Assembly (NCBI RefSeq): GCF_006345805.1
Contig: NC_043008.1
Coordinates: 77,996,001-78,060,000 of the forward strand
Direction of reading: 5' to 3'
Length of the DNA: 64,000 nt
Source: Octopus sinensis
Taxonomy: Eukaryota
Shown here: positions 1 through 11,039 of the stretch, piece after piece
Layout of the letters: each line of letters starts with the position of its first letter
How positions within the stretch are numbered: position 1 is the stretch's first letter
The notes under the pieces: generated by a model
Databases searched by the model: none
What the model was told of the DNA's origin: nothing
The model's input: the letters and a program-made list of their open reading frames with translations, nothing else
Program-made: the position numbers and the translations under genes

Positions 1-560
1 ACAATATATAAACCCTCTATTTCCAGGTCTTTAGAATAACACCCACGCGAATATTGAAAACAATATATTCAAAACAGTCACTTCACATAAATTTATTCAG
101 AACAATTCCAGTCACTACTATTACTACCACAACGTACCAATTTTAGTTCACTTGACCATTGAAGAGGATTCCACCAACATCCTCTTACTGTCATACCACT
201 TCCGCATTTTTTAATTCTTTCTCTTCTTCTTTGCCGCCTCCTTCCTCTACTACTACTGCTACTTAAACAATCAAAGACAAGAATTCATACCAAACTAGCT
301 GCTGCTAACTACCTGGAACCCACAAATGTAAAAAAGAGAGCCAGAGACAGACAGAAAAAAGGAAAATGTCCCTTGCATTTGAAAACTATGGAGATATTTT
401 TTAAAAACATTTCATTTAAATTTTCCACAATTTAATTGTTTTTCTTGATTTACTCTAAGTTGGAAAAGTCGCAAAGGCTGAAACCGGTGCTAAAATGTTC
501 TTCATGATAAAATTATTTTAGCATTTTCTACCTTGTCTTATTTTCCTTATTAGAATATGT
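1..560 (+). mobile_element. Penelope-like element 3' UTR/pLTR remnant, same family as 46039-47100
   Basis: The end (aaaactatggagatattttt...gaaaccggtgctaaaatgttc...tttagcattttcta) aligns with 46940-47100. Contains a degenerate hammerhead at ~457-493. Confidence 0.6.
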
Positions 561-600
561 ATATATATATATATTGGATACATATACATATAATGGATAT

Positions 601-690
<90 letters not shown>

Positions 691-694
691 GTAT

Positions 695-1046
695 ATATAA
701 AATATGAATTAGAGATAAAACCACTATGATGCAACTCAAACAGTGATAGACATAAACCAATACATAAATGACAAATAATATATATAATTAATATTATATA
801 ATATATAATATATATATATATAAATGTTTTTTTCAAAAAGTATAAAATGTATGATAAATATAATATAAGTACTTATTATATTATATTTATCATTCATTTT
901 ATACTTTTTGAAAAAAAAAAAATATATATATATTGTATATTTTATTATATCAATTATATATATTATTTGTTATTTATGTATTGGTTTATGCTTATCACTG
1001 TTTGAGTTGCATCATTGTGGTTTTATCTCTAATTCATATTTTATAT
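695..1046. repeat. ~350-bp loop-less palindrome centred on AAGT|ACTT (870/871)
   Basis: aatatgaattagagataaaaccactatgatgcaactcaaacagtgata (701-748) is mirrored by tatcactgtttgagttgcatcattgtggttttatctctaattcatatt (993-1040). Confidence 0.92.
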
Positions 1047-1121
1047 TTTATATATTTATACTGTGAAATTTGATTTAATACTAATTTGAATTTTTCCCTG
1101 TAAGTTTGAAGTTATACTCCC

Positions 1122-1173
<52 letters not shown>

Positions 1174-1539
1174 ATGGATATCCGACCCTCCAGAAGCAAC
1201 TGTTGGACTCATCACCTTATTTCTCCTCCTTTAAGGTACTCTGCCGTTTGTAGCCTGCTGTAGTTTAGTTTGAGGATATATAAAAATGCATATATTTATA
1301 ATTCTCTGTCTAGGACGTTCACTTTAATGAATTCCATGTGGAATTATCAAAAGAGTGTATTATCAAAACACCATGATGAATGGAAATATACACATCTTTA
1401 AAATTTATTCAATGAAGATCATTTTCTTCATATTACACTCCGAAAATGCTTCTGATACAAGTTTTGTACATTTAATCGATTTAGATGTTTTGAAAATAAC
1501 TTGCACATGCAAGTGCTACTCGTCGAAGACTCCGCATAC

Positions 1540-4500
1540 TGGAAGCCAGCAAGTGTATGGGGTTATCAGGAGAAAATGCGCGCCGTTTCGGGACCTACCT
1601 CTTGACGGCATCAATGCTTACTGCCCACCCCCATCACTAATATGAGCCCCCCGCTTGCTAGATCAACTAATTATCAAATAAAGCTCAATATTCTTCTAGG
1701 CATCGCTCATGGTCTATTTTTAACCAAATCCAGTGTCTAGCCCTTTCCACTATAGTTTGGATAACGGTCATGATGGTATTTACTTTACGATGAGTAAGGC
1801 CTAACGATAACAACTATTGTCTTACACCGTGTCCAACAAACCGACTTCGATTGGAAAATGCTTCGCTTTCCAGCCTGCGTCTTCACATTCCTCGAAGAGG
1901 TTTACATGACGGTCAATCTTTCGAGCCCGAGCGGCATCCATGTTATCTTCATGAGGAACCGTTAACTCGACTAGATTCACAACTTTCTTTCTTTCACACC
2001 ATATTAAAACGTCCTGTTTTTTCCTAACTGAGATGGGAAAAAGTCCCTGTCATCCTGGTAAATCTGAAGTCACCTCCCAATAGCCGTTCCACTTTTCATT
2101 ACTCACAGGAAGTTTTTCGTTCTTCTTGAAACGGATCCGCTGTCCTGAGCGCACGAAGATAATGAAATTTCTAGTTGGTACTTTCAACGGTACTTTTTCA
2201 CTGTTGTTGAGATCAATTTGGTTCTTTATAGCATTGAAGATAACCTTAGGGACCAGATTGTATCTCCATGTATACCTGTTCAATGCTAGTGAACAGTTGG
2301 AAAGAATATGTTTCAGTGTTACGACCTTTCCGCATTTGCATGTATCATTCTCTGAGACGTTCCATCTTACTAGATTTGCAGGTGATGGCAAAACATCATA
2401 GGATGAATGAATCAGAAAACTTAGCCGAAATGCAGTCCACCTTCATATCTCATCCCAAATTATTTTCCTCTCAACAGCATGTTCCTCCCATCTCGTCATC
2501 CGTCCTTTTTGAATGCATTGGATCAAATGAATTTTTCTTCTCTCTGCTTCCCTCGTTTTGACGCTGTTGCTAACAACAGATCTGCGTTCGTTCCGCATCA
2601 TACTTGCAAATGGTCTGAACCGATCTGCGTCAAAACCAAATCCCTTCCGATGAATTTGCGTTGCACCCACCATATCTCGGTGTGTAAGAGAAGACAGAAT
2701 GTCATCAGTCTCTGCTTCTGCTTTCCACTTCTTGGCTGTTTTCACACCTGGTAGATTACTCTTGATTTCAATGTCCTTCAACTCTCTCAGCATCATCACC
2801 GTTATTACTTTCCCCAGTTGATATATTTTGACTGTTGATGCCAGTGGTAACTGCAACGAGCCTTTTTCACGATAAAGAGCTGAACTGTTCAATATCGGAT
2901 GTATGCCTAGCCACTTTCTAAAGAACACATTACGTTTTGTTCAATGATTTGAAGTCGTGACAATTCTACCTCGTATATTAAAAGTGACCACAAAAGTCGC
3001 GGATACAAGCCGAAATGTAAGCACCAAATTTTATATTTACTTGGTAACTTTGAGTTATCAATTGCTGATAATCCAACCTCGGCTTCTGTTATAATTTCCA
3101 TTTTGCGACTCCTATCTGACTAAGCTCTTGACGGTTTCTTCTTCGACTTTTCGCATGCTTTTTTCAGCTGAATAGCTTGACTTCTTTCTGCACTCCCTTA
3201 ACAAATGTCAAACTACGCAATTATTTTGCTCTAAAACACATCCTTGATTACTTCACAATCTCGTCTAAGTCTCAAGAAGACACTCTGCATGATTTGCTTG
3301 TCTGTTGATAGAAGTGTCACGTCCTCCATGTAGGCTTTCTTAGGCGATTGTACATGAGTGGTTTGTTCCGAAAAATCCACGGTTTTCAAATCATCTCCAT
3401 GGCTAAGATAACACACGTGACATATATTGTACAACCAGCAGCAATGCTAATCTCCAATCGGTGACAATCTGTTGTAAACTTTCCAGCTGTAAACCTCATC
3501 TCGAAACTGTCATAATATATCCTCATTATTTTGGTTACTTTGTCTGGAATGTGGAAGTGGTCCATGGCTCTCATCAGTAATTCGTGTGGCACTGAGTCAT
3601 ATGCATTAGCTAGGTCAAGCCATACCACGTTCAGACTTCTCTTGTTCTGTTTGGTTTCCTGGATCGCTTTCCAAATCGAAAAAACAGTGTTCAACGCATC
3701 CAGGGATCCCAAGGTTCCCAGGGATTCCGGCCTTTTGAACAGATTCATCAACATATCCATTGCTCTGTAAATATGTAACTATTCTCCTCGAGAGAGTACC
3801 CATAAAGATATTGCCTTCCACGTTCAATAAGGATATTGACCTAAACTATTTTATTGTCCCTGTCTTGGCCTCCTTCGGCAGGTATATGCCTTCTGCCTTA
3901 CACCGATCCTCTACAAGAGTCTCGTCGCACCACTGCTGTCGTAGTAGGACAAAGATCTTTCGCAGATTTTAATATTTATATTTTAATATTTATATACGAG
4001 ACACCATCACCTCCTGGGGCAATCTTTGCTCTAACTTTTCATACGAAATCCTTCACCTCTTTCTCCCTGATGCCCCCAATCTGGAATTCTATATCAAGTT
4101 TTAAGATATGATTTAGACCATTTAGTGGCTGGTTGCGATGTGGATCGCTGTAGGTTTCTTTGATATGAACCTCAAATTCTTCTCTTGTGCACGATAAAGT
4201 CCACTCTTCGGTTCAGTGAACAGCTTCTTAGTAACCTTGTACTATCGTTATAGATACAAACGTTCAGAAACTGCCCCCGAGTTTCTTTACTTTCCTTTTG
4301 TCGCTCATATGGGCGAATATATCGTTGCACATAACAGCATTTCCTTTTCAAATCGTCGTACAGCAGTACGAGGCCAGATTTTTCGTCTTCCGCAGCCCAT
4401 TTCCATCGCTTTCTTCGGCTGGTCTTTTCCTTCTTCAACTGTTTCATTTTTCTGATCCTCCTGCTTGGTCCCCAGTTTTCTTTCGCTAATCGGATACTAT

Positions 4501-4700
4501 TTTTCATTCCAAATTATTCCTTTCCTGTATCGTATATTGACCTTGTTAATTTTCCTAGTTTCTCCTCTGTAGAGCCTGCCATTTCATAAAGAGCTCGTCA
4601 CACCTTGATTTCAAGCTCTTTATGTTTTACTTTCTCATTAGCAGCAGGCCACAGAACCCTGATTTCCTTCGAGTACTATCTGATGCACCAGCTTCATAAC
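1540..4700 (-). mobile_element. Decayed RLE-type non-LTR retrotransposon, HERO-like (R2 superfamily)
   Basis: Fragmented ORFs carry RT motifs (GIPGCVEH, VVWLDLANAYDSVPH, AYMEDVT), YPRLLWSLLIYEV, a CCHC knuckle (PSPANLVRW..CKCG..TLKHILSNC) and an RLE (DVLIW..VELTVPHE..FPIEVG). Many stops and frameshifts. Confidence 0.85.
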
Positions 4701-5079
4701 CTACACGTATTTTTTTTCACCAAGAAACCTCACCTAAATCATTGCAGCGCACAAGTTAAGAGAAATTAGAGTTCGCTAATATGGACCGGGTAAATACGAT
4801 TAATACAAAAATAAATAAGGATAAAGTAAATATTAGTAGTAATAATAATACCTATACAGATGGTGTCGGATATGATATGAATAAGAGCAGGGATATACTG
4901 AACGTTTGTATCTATAACGATAGTAATGAGAGCAATGATGAATTTATTGAAGCTGGTATAAGGGTTAACTGAGCGCAGATCATATACCTATGAAATTGAA
5001 TGACTTAGTGAATCCAACGGCACACCTAGTATTGTAATATGCAGGTAATATTCATAGAATAATACGTTATTCTCAAAAA

Positions 5080-5885
5080 AAATCGAACCCAGGACTTATT
5101 CGTTGTTAGCCTAGTACTTATTCTATCGTTCCCTTTTGCCAAACCACTAGGTTACGAGGAGGAAAACACACCAACATCGGTTGACAAGCAATAGAGAGGA
5201 GAAAACACAGACACACAAATACATGCATACACATATATATACATATATACATACATATATATATATATATATATTGCCTACCCACAAACCCCCACTCTAC
5301 CCCAACCCCCAGCCGAACCCACACCCCACCTGTGCTTTCCCCACTCTCGCCTCTCCCACCTCCCCACCTCCCAACAACATCATATCACAACACACCACCC
5401 ACACGCCCATCGCCACATCTTTACACCTACACATACATACACACATCACATCACATCACACCACCCACACACCCATTCCCACATCTTATACATACACACA
5501 CACGTACAGACCACCAGCCCTCTTTCACACGCACATACATAATCTCTTATACGCACACGCACCTTTGTGTTGGGGACTCCTTCGTGTTGGAGGTCATCTT
5601 GACCTTATTATCTCCCCTACTTTCCCCTTCCCTTCTGACCATTCTGTCCGAGTCAGACGCCATGATAGAGCGTTAGCTACTACATACATTTTTTTCTCTC
5701 CTTATTTCTTCTGTGTACCTTTCTGTAGAAGAGTGTTGGCTAGAAACGTAAAATACTTTTTCTATTACTGAGCGTTACACTAATACATCTGTTTGTTTGT
5801 ACACCACCTGCCTTCGTTTTATGGGACGGAACCCAGAACCATGTGGTTGGAAGGCAATCTTCTTGCCATGCAGCCTCTCCTACAT
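5080..5885 (-). mobile_element. tRNA-derived SINE (family A), split: body 5080-5215, head 5818-5885, with an insert between
   Basis: aaatcgaacccaggacttatt...aacatcggttgacaagc and gggacggaacccagaaccatgtggtt match the reverse complement of the SINE at 14660-15200. Confidence 0.7.
5719..5754 (+). ncRNA. Minimal hammerhead-like motif with variant core CUGUAGA
   Basis: ttt-CTGTAGA-AGAGTGTTGGCTA-GAAA-CG-TA-aaa. Lies in the repeat 5660-5815, which recurs reversed at 61265-61435. Confidence 0.5.
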
Positions 5886-5894
5886 GCATACATA

Positions 5895-6600
5895 CATCCA
5901 CTTGACCAACAAGGTATGACTAAATCTATCATATATGAGGCAGAAGTTACTGCAACCCTAAATAATAATAATACAACTGATAAGAAGACCTATATTGGAT
6001 AATGTGAAGATGAATTTAAAAATCTCTATGCCAATCACATAGCCTCCTTCCGACATAGGGACAAAAGTAAAGCTACTAAATTGGTTAGCTATGTATGGAC
6101 TTTAGAAGATAACGAAACACAGCATGTGATTAAATGGAAAGTAATTGAGAAGACCATACCTTGTGCGAATGAATCGAATAAATGTAGACTTTGGCTGAAA
6201 GAGTGCAGATTCTGTCCAGATCTAAGATGCCTAACTCTCTATTGAACTCTCGGTCAGAAATTTCCAGTGGTTGCTTGCATATGTATAAATGTATTTGGAA
6301 GAATTGGAAAATTCCGCCTGTTCCTGATTATCATTTAAAGTCTAAGGAGGATAGCTCTTTTACCTTTTTACTTTTTACATTTTCGTTTTCTTTTTTCCGT
6401 TTCATGCTTTCCGTTGTTTGCTCTCTATGTTTTCTATATGCAGGCTTCCCAGCGTTTTCGCGTTTCTTCTATTATCTAATTTCTTTAGTTTGTTATGATA
6501 TGATATATGGAAAGTAATTGAGAAGTCCTTCACCTAGTAGTTTTATCGGTATGGAAAAGACCATATTTGGTAAGGATTATATTAATTATAATAAAGGGTT
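5895..6600 (+). mobile_element. Penelope-like element 3' fragment (GIY-YIG endonuclease + 3' UTR)
   Basis: PLDQQGMTKSIIYEAEV...KKTYIG*CEDEFKNLYANHIASFRH...KWKVIEK...KCRL. Confidence 0.8.
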
Positions 6601-6605
6601 AATTG

Positions 6606-6608
<3 letters not shown>

Positions 6609-6667
<59 letters not shown>

Positions 6668-7012
6668 ATATGTATGTATGTATGTATATATATATATAGA
6701 TATAGATATAGATAGATAGATATATAGATAGATAGATATAGATATATATACATACATATATACATGCATACATATATATATATATATACATACATATATA
6801 CATACACATATATATATACATATATATATACATACATACATAAATATATATATATATATATACATACATATATATATATATGGTTGATGTTTGATTGATT
6901 TAAGTATGTTTCTCCATTTTCTAATTTTGTACTATATATATATATATATATATATACATGCAAACATATATACACATACATATATATATATACATACATA
7001 CATACATACATA
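6609..7012. repeat. Representative (TA)n/(TAGA)n/(TACA)n microsatellite field; dozens more across the window
   Basis: Direct reading; these tracts are the source of the poly-YI ORFs. Confidence 0.95.
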
Positions 7013-7044
7013 GAAAAAAAGAAGTTGAAAATGCAATGAGAATT

Positions 7045-8070
7045 GTTAAAATATTTTTTATTAATATATTTAAAGCTTAGACCGGTTTCACATTTTACAC
7101 TAAGTTTGAAAAAATCACATATAAACTCGTAGCTTCGCAGCTGTCTTACATCTGACTCGTGTTTGAAGCTTACCCTATTTTTATAGGGAATTCATGACTC
7201 AAATTAGTATACGTTTTATAAAAGATTTTGATTGGTAGAGGATAATCACATAACTGGTCCTGGAAATTTTGCTAGGTTCCCCGCTACGCCCGTGTGTTAG
7301 TATCAGGTGACACAATGTTTGGCGTCGTAAGTTGAGGCTGACACGGTTGACGGAACATGTCCAAACAATTAATGCCTGAAAGCTTTCTGTAGAGAATGAA
7401 TATTATTTATTATCATGTTTACAAAAGATTAAGTTTATAATCTTTTGTACTTTTCCCAGTACGTCCGCACATTAGTGTCATGTGTATTTTGCGCCTACAA
7501 AGAAGGTTGGCACGGTTGAGTGAACATGATTAGCCATAAGGTACTCAGAAATTAAATTTGGAGTGCCTTGATTATGACTAAAACTGTTCACTCAACCATG
7601 CTGTCCTTCTTTTTAGGTGCAAAATATACTGTTGTGTGACACTAACGCACAGACGTAGCGGGAAAATTACAAAAGGTTATAATATTAATTATCTGATCAT
7701 TCTCTACAAAATATTGATAGAAAACATTCAGAGCATTAATTGTTTGAACATGATCAGTCAACCGTGTCAGCCTCGACTTACGTCACCAAACATTGACACC
7801 TGATACTAACATACGGACGTAGAAGAAACCCTACTAAAATTTCCAAGACCAGTTTTCTGATTAACTTCTACTAATCAAATCCTAAACAAAACATACTAAT
7901 TTGAGCCATGAACTCCCTATAAAAACAAGGCAAACATCAAACACTAGTCAGAAGCAAAACAACTGCCACGTAAACCACGTCTTTCTGCTTTAATTTTTTT
8001 TGAAAATCAGTGTAAATTGTGAAACCGGTTAGACCTTTAAACATGATAATAAATAATATTTCAACTATTT
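7045..8070. repeat. ~1-kb diverged palindrome (inverted pLTR-like), centre ~7554
   Basis: Mirrored blocks: accggtttcaca/tgtgaaaccggt, gaggctgacacggttga/tcaaccgtgtcagcctc, ggttgagtgaaca/tgttcactcaacc, tagtatcaggtg/cacctgatacta. Confidence 0.88.
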
Positions 8071-8208
8071 AATTAATTAGTTAATAAATTATATGAATTG
8101 GTATTATCTGGAAGTTGATGATTGAAAGGAATCTATTTCTCCATTTTCTTATTTTGTATATATATATATATTATATATATATGTATATATATATATATTA
8201 TATATATA

Positions 8209-8257
<49 letters not shown>

Positions 8258-8616
8258 GTTTCTCCCAGTGTTCACTGTTTTCCTCTCATTCTGGTCTAAC
8301 GACCTTCCATGTTTGTTTTGGTTCTGATTCCTTGAATGCCTCTACTATCATTATTTGTTCCTAACTTTGATTCCCCATAAATCCTAAATTTAATTAGAGT
8401 TTATGGGACCAACTGTCTTTGAAGACTCGTATTGTCGTTGAATGAACGAAATGAGCCCTTGATAGACAACCGACAACTGATGAAGGATCTTTTCTGTGTT
8501 TACTAGTCCTCTATTCCATTTTTATTTGTATCTTTCACTCGTTTTTTCCTAGCATGTATTTCATGTTATTTGCACCATTGGTGACGTCTTGCACATATAT
8601 ATACACACACACACAC

Positions 8617-8679
<63 letters not shown>

Positions 8680-8697
8680 CTACTACTACTACTACTA

Positions 8698-10452
8698 CTA
8701 GAGATACCCGGCGACCTTGGGATTAAAATAGCATAGTTTGTATATATCAGATATTCCCATAAGTTCTGTCCCATTTTACCTTTTTAAAATTGAATGAAAT
8801 CTAATAATATTTTAGAATGTCTAATGTAATTAAAAATTATTTTTATGCATTTGTGCACATTTAAACTAATTAAATATTATTTTACAGAATAATAGAATTA
8901 AAATTTATTTGATTAAAACCTTTTCTAACATGGAAGTATCCAAAGAGCATTTGAGGCACATAATGCGTTATGAGTACAAAAAAGGAAACTCTGCAGCCGA
9001 AGCGACTCGAAACATACAGTTTATGGGAAAGAATGCTTGAATGAAAGAACTTGCAGAAGATGGTTTGCAAACTTCAGAAGTGGAGATTTTAGACTTTAAG
9101 ATGAAGATCGAACAGGAAGTCCAGTTCAGTATGATGATAAGCTCCTTGAGGCATTACTTGAAGAGAATCCTGCATTATCAGTTGAAGAATTGGCAATAAA
9201 GCTTAGTGTAAACCATAGAACTGTTCGTCGTCATCTTCAACAACTTGGAAAGGTTCCTAAACTTGGAAAATGGGTGCCTCATGAATTGTCCGAAAGCAAC
9301 CGCAAATCCCGAGTTGGCATCTTTTCTTTGTATTTTCGCGAACTCATTTTACCCTTTTTGGATAGATTTGTGACTGGTGACGAAAAATGGATCTTCTATC
9401 GAAAAGTTAAACGTCGTAAACAGTTGCTTGGTAAAAGGGAAAGAGCTCAACCACAACCGAGAAGGGAACTTCATGGAAAAAGGTTCTCTCTATCTGGTGG
9501 GATTGCAAAGGAGTAATTCACTTTGAATTGTTACCACCTAATGCAACAATCAATGCTCAAGTCTACTGTCAGCATTTGGAGCGTTTGAACCAAGCTTTGA
9601 AGAAAAAAAGACCCGGTTTATTGAATCGATAAGGAGTGATGTTTCATCAAGACAATGCGCGACCCTACACTCCAAAAGATCACATCACAGAAGATCGAAG
9701 AGCTTGGTTGGGAAAAAATTCTCCCGACCTTGCTCCTTCAGACTATCATTTGTTTCGTAGTTTACAGAATCATTTGGTGGACATCACTTTTCGCAAGCCA
9801 GGAAGGGGTCGAAACTGACATTTCAGAGTTCTTCGCTTTGAAACCAAAAGAGTTTTATATTGATGGGAGTAAAAAGCTTATAAATAGATAGAAGGAAGTC
9901 ATAGATAATCAGGGAAAGTACATCTTCTATTCTATTGGACCTCTGTATAATCATTAAAACATTGATCGAGCATTAAGTGCTGTAACATGCAGTTGCTGAT
10001 CTTGAGAAAATCTCATCTAGCTTCTCTCTTCAGACTCTCGCCTTCGATTTTCTTCAATCCTCCTTGCTTTATACTTGTTTATGGAGAGATTACGTTTTCT
10101 TTGGTGACATTTTTTTTTTCAATATTGTAAACAAAAAATTATGAACGGTTTTGGCTGACTGTCATCCTGTACTCCCCTTGTTGCCAGCGACATACTCCCC
10201 TATGTCGCTGGCAACAAGTTGCTGCAGTCTGAGCAACTCGTTGCATTTAATGAACAGCATGGTGGAAGAAACTGGACAAAAAGATTGCAAAAATAGAGCT
10301 TTTCACTGTGAAACTGATAATTTTGAAGATCTTTTTAAATAAAGGAGCGCACCGCTCTCTCATGTATCCATGTTTAAAATTTCAGCGCGATCGGATCAAC
10401 AATACTTGAGTTATAAGAGCACAAACAGACAGAACGGGATTTATATATTAGA
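8698..10452 (-). mobile_element. Non-autonomous Helitron enclosing a mariner copy
   Basis: Minus-strand 5' end TCTAATATATAAATCCCGTTCTGTCTGTTTGTG at 10452. Minus-strand 3' end cccaaggtcgccgggtatctCTAG|t at 8698, resembling the other Helitron ends in the window. Confidence 0.6.
8745..9925 (+). mobile_element. Degenerate mariner (DD34D) transposon, right TIR not found
   Basis: MEVSKEHLRHIMRYEYKKG, WVPHEL, VTGDEKW, FHQDNARP, SPDLAPSDYHLF; frameshifted. Confidence 0.88.
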
Positions 10453-10623
10453 CTGTCACGTTAAGTTGGCAGTATACAACCGCTCTATCGCTCCTCCACC
10501 GCTCATATCTCTATGAGATATTTAAAAATTTAATATTTCTGATATATATATATTATCAATGATAATGATAATGCGTGGCGTTCGATCATATAATAATATA
10601 AATATATAAATATATGCATATAA

Positions 10624-10953
10624 AGTGAAGGCGCATGGCTCAGTGGTTAGAGCGTCGAGCTTACGATCGTGAGGTTGTGAGCTCGAATCCCGGACCGGGC
10701 TGCGTGTTGTGTTTTTGAGCAAGACACTTTATTTCACGTTGCTCCAGTTCATTCAGCTGTAGAAATGAGTTGCGACGTCACAGGTGCCAAGCTGTATCGG
10801 CCGTTGCTTATCCCTTGGATAACACTGGTGGCGTGGAGAGGGGAGGCCGGTATGCATGGGTCTTCCATAAAACAACATTGCCTGGATTTGTCCCTTGGAG
10901 GGTAACTTTCTAGATGCAATCCCATGGTCTGTGTCGTGACCGAAGGGGGTCTC
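10624..10953 (+). mobile_element. tRNA(Arg)-derived SINE (family B) with ~11-bp TSD ATATGCATATA
   Basis: A box tggctcagtgg, anticodon loop cttACGat, B box gctcgaatccc, then a gagcaagacactt core-like domain. An empty-site homologue exists at 62475-62610. Confidence 0.8.
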
Positions 10954-11039
10954 ATATGCATATATACATATATGTACATATATACATATACATGCATATA
11001 TGGGTATAGCACATCAAAAACACGTTGAACACAAGGAGA

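Noticed and set aside
8410-8490. Hammerhead-like words (TTGAAGA..GAAA..CTGATGA) here and at 63850-63925
   Set aside because: Stems II and III could not be paired consistently in both copies.
10628-10700. tRNA-Arg gene
   Set aside because: The acceptor stem is poor and the sequence continues into a SINE body with a TSD.
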